A DNA stretch of 64,000 bases. Source: Octopus sinensis (Eukaryota). Of the stretch, positions 23,355 to 36,935 are shown one piece after another. The DNA is taken from assembly GCF_006345805.1 (NCBI RefSeq), contig NC_043010.1, forward strand, positions 39,494,001 to 39,558,000, given 5' to 3'. The notes under the pieces are model-generated. The model had not been told where the DNA came from and searched no databases. It worked only from the letters and a program-made list of their open reading frames with translations. The translations under genes were made by a program, and so were the position numbers. The stretch's first letter is position 1. Each line of letters opens with the position of its first letter.

Positions 23355-26282
23355 ACATCAGAGGACTGCAAACACTCAGTAACAGGACAAAAATCCCGTT
23401 CCTGAGAGATTTTGTTGCATGCAATCAAGCCTTATGCATAGCACTAACGGAAACGCACCTGAAACCGGATATAGCAGATGCGGAGTTACACATACCACAG
23501 TATGCTGTACTACGGACCGACAGGAAAGAAAGGAGTCATGGATGTGTTGCTATGTACATCCGTGAGGCCCTCACACCCCAGGCCCTCTTGTCATACTCAA
23601 ACTCGGTGTGTGACACACTAATTGTACATATTAGGCTACATATCGCCCTCCAGATGCCCCAAGCCATGTGGGCAAGTTTGAAGACTGCCTTATAAAAATA
23701 GAAGAAGTTCTAACCACATTAGAACAACACATAAGTGTACTTCTTATGGGAGACTTTACTCTGCCCAATGTCAGATGGCCCGAGGGCCTTTCTCTCCCAG
23801 GAATGACAAGATGTGAACGAGGACAGGCGAGGTCCCTCCTGAACCTCATCAACACCCTGTACATGGAGCAGGTAATACTCCAACCAACCAGGGCAGGTAA
23901 CACACTGGATCTCTGCTTCACAAATGACATGGATCTCATCCATAATGTGAAAGTGACACCGACACTACTCTCGGATCACAACATGATAGAGCTGACCATG
24001 TACGGGCCAAAAGAGAGCACGGACATGCAGCCTACAAGAAACCCTCAGAATCTTTCCAGCTTGAACTACCATAAGGCAAACTGGAAACAAATTGAGAAAG
24101 AGATCCTCAAACAAAACTGGCCTAAATGTCTCTCCTCGCCAGACATCGACGTGAAACTTCAACAATTCATGTCTGTAATGCAAGCCATATGCTACAAATG
24201 TGTCCCAGAGAGAAAGGCCACTGTACACAAGAACAAAATCCCCAGAGAGAGGAAAATTTTAATGAGACGGCGTACAAAATTTTCAAATCGCCTAAGCAAA
24301 CAGATTGAAAGCAGTGAAAAGTCCCGCCTAAAAATAAAACTGTTGGAAATCGAAAAATGTCTGCAACTCTCTCATGAAAAGGAAAGAGCAGACAAAGAAG
24401 CCTGGGCTATAGACAACATAAAATCTAACCCCAGAGCTTTCTACATGTATGCCAAAGAAACAGCTACGGTGCACTGTAGAATAGGGCCACTCCTCGAAAA
24501 GGATGGCACACTTACAGGAAAACCAATGAGGGTAAGTGAAATACTGAATGAGCAATTCAAGAGTGTTTTCACTCCACCCCTTGGGCATCTCCAAATCACC
24601 AATCCAACTGACTTTTTTTTTACCACTGCAGATATAAAATCAGAGGCGGCGACGATAGATTACATCGATATAAAGGAAGACGATGTAATCAAGGCTATAG
24701 ATGAAATGAAAACAGACTCAGCTACTGGCCCCGATGGATTCCCGGCAATCCTCCTAAAAGCATGTAAGAGAGTCCTAGCAAGACCACTGCAGTTCCTCTT
24801 TCAGAGCTTCATGGCAGCTGGCAAACTCCCAAGAAAACTGAAGGAAGGTAAAATATGCCCCATTCATAAAGGAGGTAGCAGAGCGGAGGCCAAGCACTAT
24901 AGACCTATCTCTCTGACCTCACACATCAGCAAGGTCATGGAACGAATAGTCAGAAGGAAGCTGATCACCTTCCTTGGAGAGAATGACTTGCTGCCCGACA
25001 CCCAACATGGTTTCCGACCAGGGAGAAGCTGTTTAACTCAGCTCCTACAACACTATGACTGGGTGCTGAAACGGCTGCTCAACCACTCAAATGTGGAAGT
25101 GATATATCTCGACTTTGCAAAGGCCTTTGATAAAGTCGATCATGGAATGATATGTCACAAGCTGCGTGATCTCAACATAGTTGGAAAACTGGGAGAATGG
25201 CTTCATGACTTTCTGAAAGATAGAAGTCAGGTGGTAGTGGCCAATGGGGCCACTTCCATTAACACGCAAATAGTGAGCGGTGTTCCGCAGGGCACTGTTC
25301 TGGGACCACTACTGTTCATAATGGCCCTCTCAGTCATGCCCTCAGCCACGCAGAGAGCCACGATCACAAGTTATGCAGATGATACAAAAGTTTCACAGGC
25401 AATACAGAACCCTGAGGACACTAAACACCTGCAATGTGAGCTAGACAAAATATACAAGTGGGCCGAAAAGAATAGCATGCAGTTCAACGCTGAAAAGTTT
25501 CAAGCTCTATACTATCAGCATGCAAAACTAAATGCAATACCCAATGAATACACTGGACCCGGAGGAATAGCAATCCCAGAGGCACAATCAGTGCGTGACC
25601 TAGGTATTTACATGAGTGATGACGCGACCTTTCGTGTACATGTTGCTAAATTGGCAATGAAATGTAGACGACTGGCCGGATGGATCCTAAGAACCTTTAG
25701 AACAAGAGAACAAGAAACCATGATGGTCCTCTGGAGGACACTTGTCCTAAGCCACTTTGACTACTGCTCTCAGTTATGGTCACCATCCAGTGTCAAGTTG
25801 ATCACAGAGCTCGAGGCGATCCAACGTAGCTACACGAAGAAGATAGCCTCTATGCAGAATGTAAGCTACTGGGAAAGACTCAAGAGATTAAAACTATATT
25901 CCCTGGAGCGTAGGCGGGAAAGATATGCCATAATATACATCTGGAAGATCCTGGAGGGACGTGTCCTGAACTTTGGCATCGAGAGTTACGCAAATGCCAG
26001 AACTGGGCGCCACTGCGTGGTGCCTAGGACTCCAAACTTGCCATCAAGATGTAGGACAAGATTCTGTGATAGCCTGGGCTTCCGAGGCCACAGCTCTTTA
26101 ATATCCTCCCGAAGAACCTGAGAGACCTGCATGGGGTGGATGCAGATGTCTTTAAAATGAAGCTGGATCTCTTCCTGTCAGGTGTCCCAGATGAACCAAC
26201 TTCACGGCAGGAGGGGCAGATGAGGGCAGCTGCATCGAACTCTCTCATGCACCAAATGGCAGTTGCTAGAAAGCTTTCGTGA
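23342..26282 (+). pseudogene. LINE ORF2 (AP endonuclease + reverse transcriptase), frameshifted near 23630-23670 and near 26085
   Basis: APE motifs LLNIRGL, IALTETHL, LLMGDF, TLDLCFT, SDH. RT motifs YRPISLTS, QHGFRPGRSC, YLDFAKAFDKV, GVPQGTVLGPLLF, YADD. CR1-type C-terminus SYWERLKRLKLYSLERRRER. The frame after 26085 continues FKMKLDLFLSGVPDEP to TGA at 26280-26282. Confidence 0.93.
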
Positions 26283-26400
26283 AGTGAAACCAAGTAGCAA
26301 CACCAAATGGCGGTGCCCCAGCATGGCCACAGCTCATAAGCTGAAACTAGAATCAATCAATCAATCAATCAATCATATATGTATATATATATATACATAC

Positions 26401-26438
<38 letters not shown>

Positions 26439-26468
26439 GTGTGTATATATATATATATACATACACGC

Positions 26469-26499
<31 letters not shown>

Positions 26500-26732
26500 C
26501 ATATTTGGTTTGCAAGATTCTTTATGTGAGTTCGTGTGTTGAAGTATTTCCTGTTGTGTCTGGGGAGAGTCATTCTCTTTTTGTGCCTTATGATTTAACA
26601 TACTCACTGCTAAAATCCACACATTTACTTGTATATTTTTCTAAAATTTTCGTTGCGTCTTGCAAACTTTTCAATAGTTGTTGACTCTGTCCGTTATCCA
26701 AGCTGCCTTCTCTTTCTTTGTTTGTGTATTTT

Positions 26733-26772
<40 letters not shown>

Positions 26773-26813
26773 GAAACATATATATGAATACTGATGAATA
26801 TAATTTGTATGTA

Positions 26814-26860
<47 letters not shown>

Positions 26861-26870
26861 TTGTAGAAAC

Positions 26871-27048
26871 AACTGGTTTCTACAACGTTTCCATCTAATG
26901 TTTTCAAAGAAGTGGTCGGCCGGGACGATCGATTAGAAGGCACTTCTCCAAAATACCACACTGTGGGCTGAAGTGTAAACCATGTGATTGCAAAGCGAAC
27001 CCATTAACTACAGAGCCATTCTTCCCCAAATCCTATACCTATAAAAAT
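26871..27048 (-). repeat. Diverged SINE head segment; inverted near-copy at about 30630-30820
   Basis: Reverse-complement match. Track ORFs MWYFGEVPSNRSSRPTTSLKTLDGNVVET and MWYFGEVPSTRSFGPTTTLKALHGNVVET. Confidence 0.8.
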
Positions 27049-27569
27049 AAAAAAAAGACTGACAAATATGCGTTCTTTGTTTTCCACAAATTGAAATATA
27101 TAAGTGTATTGGACAATTGCGTTAAGACTTTCAAAGATCCAGATTGATATTTCTTTAGTCAACTTCAGAAACAAAGACTGAATCGGACAGTCAATAGTTT
27201 CTTCTACTGACAACAAAATCAAATTAAGATAAAAATGATTGTACACTTTGTAGAATAACAGAGTTTGTTGATCGAATAAAGGATGAAATACATAATCATA
27301 TATATTCGCTTAATGGAATAGTGATAAACTCGGACAGATTATTTGGTTATTGGTTGTATGTAAAAATGTCGTTTGAAAGGATATCATACAGTCTACGACA
27401 TTTAATAAGTTGTTGGATTTTCCTCCGAAATATGTGTAAGATATTTATTTATCATCGAAAGTTGTTGAATTAGGAATATCGCACAAAGATGTCCCCTCAC
27501 TGCCTATGTCTCTCCCTCTCTTCTCTCTCTGTATATTTGTATATTTGAATACACACACACACCACACAC

Positions 27570-27624
<55 letters not shown>

Positions 27625-27636
27625 TATATATATATA

Positions 27637-27912
27637 TTCTTGTACTTGTTTCAGTTATTTGACAGCAGCCATACAGGAGCACCACCTTTAATCGAACAAG
27701 TCGACCCTAGGACTTATTGTTTATAAGCCTAGTACTCAATCTATCGGTCCCGTTTGCCGAACCGCTAAGTTACAGGGGCATAAACACACGAACATTGGTT
27801 GTCAAGCGATGGTGGAGGGAACAAACGCACACACACAAACGCACACACACAAACACACACACACACATACATATATACACGACTGGCTTCTTTCAGATTC
27901 CGTCTACCAAAT
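27637..27912 (-). mobile_element. CORE-like SINE, 3' part (family also at about 30615-31125, 52030-52352, 53305-53495, 54460-54560, 55315-55475, 59840-60010)
   Basis: acttgtttcagttatttgacagcagccatacaggagcaccaccttta...gtcaagcgatggtgg...cttctttcagattccgtctaccaa. Confidence 0.8.
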
Positions 27913-28116
27913 TTTGATCGTTATTTAAAATAACGATCTTATCCTTATTTATATGGAAATTTATATATATTCACTTGGTCCTTATATTCACTACGGTGGT
28001 ATTTTGACCTGTCAGCACATGTTGTCTGGATGGATAACTGAACTGGTCATTGTATATGCGTGCATATGTATGTATATATGCACGTGCATATACGTATATA
28101 TTCGTATGTTTGTGTG

Positions 28117-28148
<32 letters not shown>

Positions 28149-28489
28149 ATAATATATATATTAGCAATTAAGGACAACTACTTAATAAGGAAAACTTAAC
28201 AAGAAATTGTCAGGTAGATAGCGTGAAAACCTCATAAGAGAATAAATTTCGAAAATAATTATTTCTTATTGAACATATTAATTTATATATAATTTATATA
28301 TAATTTTTATATAATTTATATATAATTTTTGAAAAATTGCATTCGGTGGGATTAGTAATATTTTTGGTAGAAATGACTAATTGTCCCTCTTAGCGTGTGG
28401 CATGTATGTATAATGCTCTCTGGCATGTATGTATAATGCCCTATATATATAAATTTATATATATATATATATATTATATGCACACAAGC

Positions 28490-29040
28490 TATTTTGGCAC
28501 CCTCCGTTTCTTACCCCTTCTTCCTCCCATCCTCTTTAATTCCTTCTTTCTCTCTCTCTCTCTCTCTCTCTCTTGGTCATTGCTTCTGTCCTCTGCCTTC
28601 CACCCTCTTTAATTCCCTCTCTCTCTCTTACCCTCTTGCAACCTGCTGCTTCACAAGCCATTCCGTTGGCGATCGCGGCTCGCTCAACATGTGTCCCCTC
28701 TGCCGAAAAGGTAATTGTTTCCACGCCTGCTGATAAGTTGTTTTGTCTCATTTGTCTAAAGTCGTAAGACACCCGTTGTTATCCTGTTTCTAACCATTAC
28801 TGTTTTCAATTTTGTTTTCGTTTCTTGTGTTTATATTCGTCTCTGTTGCGTTTACATTCTTTCCTTCTGCCAAGAAATCTAATGCTCACTGCTTAGTCTT
28901 TTCCTTGGGGCTGGCCGTGTTGGAGCAAATATCAGAATTAATCAGCCGAAATTTGCCATGATGATTCGGTTTCTGACTGAAGATTGAAGGCTTCGAATGA
29001 CTTGTCTGTTTTCCGTGTTCGTCCCTTCGTGTATTTCACG
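28490..29040. repeat. Unclassified interspersed repeat between (TA)n tracts, possibly derived from a Penelope terminal region
   Basis: Non-coding block that is GC-richer than its flanks. ccaaga...ggctgg...atcagccgaaa resembles the hammerhead-bearing segment at 37468-37510. Confidence 0.35.
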
Positions 29041-29189
29041 TTCTTTATATATACATTTTTATTCCTATATATATATATATATTATATATATATATATATA
29101 TATATGTATATGTGTGTATGTGTGTGTGTGTGTGTCTAATGTTGTACGTTTCTTGATATTTATCATTGACAAGGGTAAAGTACTTTTTT

Positions 29190-29350
29190 ATAGAGAGCAA
29201 GAAACCCAGGTTCTGGAATTAACCAATTTTTATTGGTTTTATTTATTTGTTTGTCTTATCACCTTGTGCTGTATTGAACACCTGATGTGGCTTTAGAGTC
29301 AGGTTTTGACTGCTATTTCAAGCATGATGGTATCTCTAAAATACTCTTAT
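29190..29350 (+). repeat. Short dispersed repeat; inverted diverged copy at about 57661-57815
   Basis: gtgctgtattgaacacctgatgtggctttagagtcaggttttgactgctatttcaagcatg is the reverse complement of catgcttaaaatagcagtcaaaacctgactctcaaaccacatcaagtgttcaatacagcac. Confidence 0.8.
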
Positions 29351-29992
29351 ATATGGATATATATATATATATATATATATATATGGTTGTGTGTGTGTGT
29401 GTGTGTTTGTGTGTGAGTGTGTGTGTATTGCATGTATTATATATAATATTATATTATATCTATATAAAGTGAAGAATTGCCTATGTACAAAAGAAAAATT
29501 CACATATTTTATGAGCGAAGTTCCAAATCTTTATGACGTTCAGTACACGAATTTTAGCAAAGGCATATATGCTATTGCATAAATTTAATAATTGGCTATT
29601 AGGAATGTTAAGAGTCATATACAAGAATGTATATAAAAATAAATAGTCAGTATCACTGGTATTCGTGTATTTCTTTAAGTAATTAGTGTTCATAGCCCAT
29701 TCTTAAATTTGAATTATATTACCGTTTTTGTAATATGGTATAAAATTTAAGTCTATATGGTATGGAGTAAGACTATGCAGGAGTGCTTTTAATATGCGTA
29801 TGTGAGTGTGTGTATGTATGCGTGTGTGTATTTGTGTGTGTATATCTGTGAGAGAGTGTGTGTATATCTGTGAGAGAGTGTGTGTATATGTACGTTCGCG
29901 TACTTGGTGTGGGGGCGTTTGGTTTTCTGTGGAATGTGCCATTGTGAAATTCATACTGAACATGTATTTCTGCTGATAGAACATTTCTCTCA

Positions 29993-30375
29993 TCTCTCTC
30001 TATATAAACGGCAGTTTGTCTGTGCGTGTTTCTGTGTGTCTGTTTGCTTGTACCCTCACCCTGACCACGGCTTTCAACCGATTCTGATGAAACTTGACAC
30101 ACACATAGCCCAATGTCATAATTCAAAACTAACGCAGCGAAAATTTTGAAAAGTTCCCCCAGTTCTGAAAAAAATCGATAAATTCGACATGGGGTCGAGA
30201 ATCAGGAACACAAACCACAAACTTTGTAGGTGACGCAACTCCACCTTTTTTAACTATCAAAAAAAATTTACCATAATTTTTTCCGTTTTTTTTGCTATTT
30301 TTTGGCTATAACTCTCTAAAAATGCTTTATAGTTATTTCCCTTACAAACCTGAGCAACGCCGACGATACTGCTAG
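29993..30375 (+). mobile_element. Non-autonomous Helitron
   Basis: 5' A|TCTCTCTCTATATAAA, subterminal decayed hairpin cctgagcaacgccga, 3' CTAG|T. The 3' end is shared with 60870-60958. Confidence 0.8.
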
Positions 30376-30614
30376 TTGCAAATAAAACTGAAGACTACAT
30401 AGAATTAATAATTTCAAACATGTTTTTCGGTTTTGTCACTGAAGAGAAGAATGGGTCAAGTAACATTCATATCACTGATGTAATTAAGTCTGTCGCGGTT
30501 GACATTGCCTTTCGTCCTTTCGGGGTAGATAAAATAAGTTCCCCTGCAGCAATGGGGTCGTTGTAATCGAGTCGCCTCCTCCCCCAAAATTTCAACCCTT
30601 TTTTTTTCTTTTCC

Positions 30615-30903
30615 CTTTTACTTGTTTCAGTTATTTTTTATAGGTATAGGATTTGGAGAAGAATGGCTCTGTAGTTAATGGTTTAACATAGTCTTGCAAT
30701 CACATGGTTTACGCTTCAGCTCACCGTGTGGTATTTTGGAGAAGTGCCTTCTACTCGATCGTTTGGGCCGACCACTACTTTGAAAGCATTACACGGAAAC
30801 GTTGTAGAAACCAATTGTTTACTCATAAGTTACGGAGATGTGAATACACCAACATCGGTTGTCAAGCGATGGTGGAGAGGGACAAACACAGACACAAACA
30901 CAA

Positions 30904-30964
<61 letters not shown>

Positions 30965-31125
30965 ACGGGCTTCTTTCAGTTTCCGTCTACCAAATCCACT
31001 CACAAGGCTTTGGTCGGCCCAAGGCTACAGTAGAAGACACTTGCTCAAGGTGCCACGCAGTGGGACTGAACCCGCGGCCATGTGGTTGGTAAGCAAACTA
31101 CTTACCACACAGCCACTCCTGCGCC
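30615..31125 (-). mobile_element. CORE-like tRNA-derived SINE interrupted by an inverted local segment
   Basis: Well-preserved head (gtgccacgcagtgggactgaacccgcggccatgtggttggtaagcaaactacttaccacacagccactcctgcgcc) and tail (ttttacttgtttcag). Confidence 0.85.
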
Positions 31126-32097
31126 AATGGTAGAAATGAATACAACTAATATGATTAAATTTCAAACGCCATTTATGACATCATCACACACTCTTCTTTA
31201 TGTTGATATTCCAAAGTAGAAACTTGTGATGAAATACGGTTTTCGAAGTTGCTATTTCATTTCCCAGATTTCGATTTATGAGTTGCTCGATTACATGGGA
31301 CTCACATCGTAGCTTGGTAATTTAGAAGTTTTGATTTGTCTAAATTATCTAAAGCGTATAGCTTTGATATTTCGGAGTTTCCGTTTTGCAGATTGGCATC
31401 CTGAAAACATTTCATAAATTTTATAATGATCTGTATGACCTACATCAAGTAATATCACCCATATTAGTCATACCGCTAACCTTCTGCAGTTTGAATATTA
31501 TTGTTTATTAATTGAAATAATAAAAAGGAATAAAAAATTCTTGCCAATCAAGGAGCCGGTTTCCGTGGCACATACATATCCGCCCACCCATCCATCCTCT
31601 ACAAAACGCCGGTCCGTCGTAGGACTACACTTTTTTGAGAGCCGAATGAACTGCAGCAACGTAAAATGTAGTCTCTTAATCAAGAACACATGTTGCCCGG
31701 TCTAGAAGTCAAAACCACAATCTTACCATCATGAGTGCAACACCCAAATCAGTAACTTATGAGCATCCACAATATTGTTTTCTATTACATTAAGGGACTC
31801 TGTTCTGAAACAGATTTAATAAGACCGTGCCAGTGTTAAATTTTACACTAAGACTCAAGGGCACATTAAATGATATACCCTAGTGACTGTTTTTGTCTCC
31901 ATATGATAGAGATATTTCTAGGTTAAACATTCAACGAAATATAATTACTCCAGTGCTTTGTTTTAGTAGCTTGTAGCTTCTTTTTTTTCCAACGTCTAAT
32001 TTGTAAATGAGATACTGTGGCTACAATGACACTTTTTAAGCTTTATGGAGAAGCGTGGAATTTCTGTCATTCTAAATAATACCTTCATGTTATTTGT

Positions 32098-32632
32098 AAG
32101 GCGGCGAGCTGGCAGAAACGTTAGCACGCCGGGCGAAATGCTTAGCAGTATTTCGTCTGCTGTTACGTTCTGAGTTCAAATTCCGCTGATGTCGACTTTG
32201 CCTTACATCCTTTCGGGGCCGATAAATTAAGTACCAATTACGCGCTGGGGTCGATGTAATCAACTTAATCCCTTTAACTATCCTTGTTTGTCCTATCTAT
32301 GTTTAGCCCCTTGTCGGTAATAAAGAAATAGGTATTTCTTCTGCCGCTACGATATAATCGCCTTAATCTGTTTGTCTGTCCTTGTTTGTCCCCTCTGTAT
32401 TTAGCCCCTTGTGGGCAGTAAAGAAATAAGAAACGTTAGCACGTCGGGTGAAATATTTAGCGGTATTTCGTTGGCCGTTCCGTTCTTAGTTCAAATTCCA
32501 CCGAGGTCGACTTTGCCTTTCATCCTTTCGGGGTCGATTAAATAAGTACCAGTTACACACTGGGACTTAATCCGTTTGTCTACCCTTTTTGTCCCCCCTG
32601 TGTTTAACTCCTTGTGGGCAATAAAGAAATAA
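32098..32632 (+). mobile_element. MetaSINE-type SINE with internal duplications and a roughly 19-bp TSD
   Basis: Head aaggcggcgagctggcagaaacgttagcacgccgggcg. Flanks aataccttcatgttatttg and aatatcttcatgtcatttg. Confidence 0.88.
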
Positions 32633-33142
32633 ATATCTTCATGTCATTTGCTCTATATTTTGTAAGTTCCTCTTTTTTTACCAATAGCGTTATTAGTAGT
32701 TAGTGGTTAATTATGCTTAGAAAGAATTAATTCCTTCATTATTCTGATTGTGATTACTTTTATTCTTAGAATTACTAAGACGGTCTTATCAACAAAAACC
32801 CTCTATACAGTATGCAGAAATTAGATTAAATGCTATTAATCACAATTAATCCAACAAGATCTCATATCTTAGAGCAACCAAAGCCACACATATCAACATG
32901 GAAAGACTAATATGCATCACCTACATAGATTTATCGCTGACAAGCAAAGATTTCCTGGCTTGCCTGATTATATAGGCATCTTAACAATATTTACTTCCAA
33001 AATCTGGTGAGAAGGAGCAAGGAAGTTGACAGATAGATTTAAACAAAATCCTATATAATGAATATGCGAATAAGAAAGGATTAATTTTAATGAGCGATTT
33101 AATTACTACACTATTTATTTCCTTCTAGTACTGATTCTAATG

Positions 33143-33440
33143 TGGAGGCGCAATGGCCCAGTGGTTAGGACAGCGGACTCGCGGTCGGAGGATCGCGGTT
33201 TCGATTCCCAGATCGGGCGTTGTGTGTGTCTATTGAGCGAAAACACCTACAAGCCCCACGAGGCTCCCGTAGGGGATTGTGGTGTCCCCTGTTGTACTCT
33301 TTCGCCCCAACTTCTCTCACTCTCCTTTCCTGCTTCTTGAGTAACGCTGCGATGGACTGACATCCCGTCCAGCTGAGGGGGACACATACGCCCCTGAAAC
33401 CAGAGCCTCGCTAGGCTAGAAAAAGGGAATAATTAAATAA
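33143..33440 (+). mobile_element. tRNA-derived SINE (OR-like head) with a 12-bp TSD
   Basis: Head as at 7736; actgattctaat on both sides. Confidence 0.85.
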
Positions 33441-34001
33441 ACTGATTCTAATATTCTGTTGGTTTATGAGTATATATTTGCTAACGTAAACAAGCTACCT
33501 TATATTCGAATTGTATATTAACCAACGTTAGCTAGGCTGATAATCGGTTTTATTTTAGTTGTATTTTAGTGCTTTGTATATTTTGCTGTTGACTATATCC
33601 TGTACGCTCGCATTAAATTGGAGTGTTTTACTATTAGATCCACTTAGGGTTAATGCCAACGTATGCAATTTTTAAATATTCTTCTTATCTATTTTTTGGT
33701 AAGTTTCTAGCCTAAATATCTATGTCTCCTATGTAAAGGTATTTGTTATCAGATTAAGTGTATTTTTCTATACTTCTTAATAGCCATGATATTAGATTTA
33801 TGGTTATGTTATAAGCAAATATGCACACTTACACATCTCGAACATATATAGAGTGATTTGTTTGCATGTGTGAATTTAAAGCGTATATTTATACCTATGT
33901 GACATGTGACAACACGTACACAAAAACATACATATATATATATATATACAGGTATATATATATATATAATGAATATATACACATACATATACATATGTGT
34001 A

Positions 34002-34047
<46 letters not shown>

Positions 34048-34110
34048 TATATATATGTACATATTTATACATGTATATATGTTCGTACTCACACATAAAT
34101 TACACATGAT

Positions 34111-34141
<31 letters not shown>

Positions 34142-34143
34142 GC

Positions 34144-34185
<42 letters not shown>

Positions 34186-35027
34186 GTATATACCTGTGTG
34201 TATGAATATATAAGATGTTTGGGCACGCGTGTATGTCTAAAAGTTTGTTCGTGACCGTGTATGTGTACGAGTGTGCGCATGCGTGTATTTATTCGCAAAA
34301 CCTTTATACACAAACATTGCGTTCCAGTTTGTTGATTTATGCCAATATAATGATTGTTTATTAAGATATGTTTACCCAGCAAAACAGAGAAGAAGAAGAA
34401 AAAACAGAAATAAGGAAAAATCAAATATTTGATTTGGATTGGTTTCTCAGGCCATGCTGATTTCTTACTGAACGACAACAATAGCTACAACAGCAACAAC
34501 AAACAACAAATAAAATCCGGCAAATATTTCCCACTATTAATGATTCTGTCCATTGCAAAAGGAAACATAAGACTATGTATATACTAAAAATGATTGATAC
34601 GCCCCACACCAGCGAGTACTATTCAACATCGGCTTAATACAAATACGGAGAACAAAATTCTAAGTAAACGGAACGACGCTAAAGAGATGAAGTTGTCTCA
34701 CACTTGGCAGGTTTTCAGATAAATTACTGGTTTGTGTTAGGTCGGCCATAATCTTCTTTTTCGGCATTTTTATCGAAGATTTGTGAAAGGAAGAAGCACA
34801 ACAAATATGGCTCGCTGTGAATGGCCTCTGAGGCTAAAAATACATCTTTCGTTCCAGAGAGACAAAAATCATCATCAAATGCATTTAAACAGACTAAATA
34901 CATTGAAACATGCGTGGGGGCCTTAATACTTACAATCTCAGAAAAAATTCAGAAAAACAAAGACAATGGTACACATACACACCCATATATATATACATCT
35001 GTATGCACATAGACGACAGACAGACAG

Positions 35028-35058
<31 letters not shown>

Positions 35059-35064
35059 CATATA

Positions 35065-35312
35065 GCTTAATATATTAAATCCGTTCTGTCAGTATGTCTG
35101 TTTATGCACTTATAACTCGAGTAATCTTTATCCGATCGCGCTGAAATTTTAAACATGGATACATGAGAGAGCGGGGCGTTCCGTAATTTAAAAATATTTT
35201 CAAAATCGTTAGTTTCAAAGTGAGATTCGCTATTTTTGCAATCTTTATGTCCTGTTTTTCTCGCCATTAAAATAACCAGTTGCTCAGACTGCCGGCACAT
35301 ACCATTTTGCTA
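35065..35312 (+). mobile_element. Possible Helitron-like non-autonomous fragment
   Basis: cttaatatattaaa...ctgtcagtatgtctgt...ccgatcgcgctgaaatttt resembles the 5' portion of the 29993 Helitron (ccgattctgatgaaactt). Termini unclear. Confidence 0.4.
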
Positions 35313-36887
35313 GCAACAAGAGGAGTACAGGATGCTGTCTCACTTTTTCCTTCTCCCTGTGGGGCTAATAATCTCAATCTTTAGTTACAGTTTAACATTC
35401 GAACTACATAATAGCCAGAATTGTCGGATTAAGACAGTAGGGTTTTTTGAGGAAGATTTGGCAGCTATTTCTACCAGGTCTTACGTCTGTATCGTTATGT
35501 GAGATACTGTCCTATATATTATATATTCCTTATTCTTTCCAAATCCGAATTACAGGTTTTGACTATGGGGTATCAAAAGATTCAGTACTATTTTGGCTAC
35601 AAATTAAACTTAATTTCCATTCACATATTTGCATTTCAAAAATTTAGCATAATCTTTCCATAAATCAACTATATTAAACATGTTATACGATGACGTCACA
35701 TTTTCTATATGTGTGTGCATCTTAAAAGACATCAATCATCACGACACACACCTTCACTCACTTACTCTATCTCTCTTTCTACACCTCTTTCTCTCTCACA
35801 TACATACGCACAATCACGAACGCACACACACACACACACATACATACACACACACACACACAAACATACACGTCAATTTCATATAGACCCACATACATCT
35901 TTCATTTTCTTTCTCTGTTCTTTTCGCTTTGTCTTCTTTTAATTTCTGCTCTCTTCAAATAAATTTTTACGGATAGAACTGCATACAAAAATAGGGATTA
36001 ATGTATAATTTCTTTCTATGTTCATATTTTTTTTATTTACAATATTGGAAAAAATATCCCACCAAAGAAAAGACGTAATCTCTCCAGAAACAAGTATATA
36101 ACAAGGAGGATTGTAGAAAACCGAAGGCGAGAGTCTGAAGAGAGAAGCTAAATGAGATTTTCTCAAGATCAGCATGTTCCAGCACTTAATGCTGGATAAT
36201 TAAATCCTAAACAGACTACGTACAAATTCGTTCTACACAACTCCTGAAGCTGTTTCCAGATATGATCCATCCCATTCTTATCAAAATAATAACTGTCCAA
36301 ATTGATGTGCTAAACACAAATTGATAAATGAAAATTTTCAAATGAAACCAATGGTATGTGCTGCTCAGGCGGTCAGGTAACATTGCCAGCACTACTAGCT
36401 TTTTCTCAATGTCTTATGACGTCTTTTCTTCTAGAAGGGATTTACATGCAGTCAAAGGATTTTGTGAACAATATCAGACAATACAACTCTGCAAATGACA
36501 TCGTTTGGTGCACCTAAGAAGATAGATAAACATGAATTTACGACGACGTCAAAGTTCAAGTCAATCACCTCATTGGTTTCCTGTTACCCACAAATGAACA
36601 ACCAAATTTACTTTATGAGTGATTTAGGTCAACAAACCCGCAGGCGGTGTCAGAATTTTAGATGGTGAGTCGTGTTAGACAGAGCGCCGACTGCTGCAAA
36701 GAGAGCATATCCACAGACACCTCCGTGCGCTCAGAAATCACAAAACCCCCACAGGTTAGGGCCTGAAATACTCCAAACGGATGCTCAATGTTAGGAAGTT
36801 TCCTTTTCCAACAGTCTAATCTGTTGTGCGTACGTGATATGATGCTGATGATAAGGAGGGAGGATGATGATGATGATGATGATGATG

Positions 36888-36934
<47 letters not shown>

Positions 36935-36935
<1 letters not shown>

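Larger units (their letters stand above)
22321..26374 (+). mobile_element. Near full-length CR1-like LINE with an (AATC)n tail
   Basis: ORF1, then APE-RT ORF2, a short 3' UTR and (AATC)n at 26351-26374; embedded in (TA)n. The 5' boundary is approximate. Confidence 0.92.

Noticed and set aside
22611-25269. Minus-strand and alternate-frame ORFs over the LINE
   Set aside because: Shadow ORFs of the GC-richer LINE coding sequence with no recognisable motifs.
35690-36560. Cluster of CRE-like TGACGTCA sites as a promoter
   Set aside because: Only one perfect site (35691) and no linked transcription start; compatible with chance.
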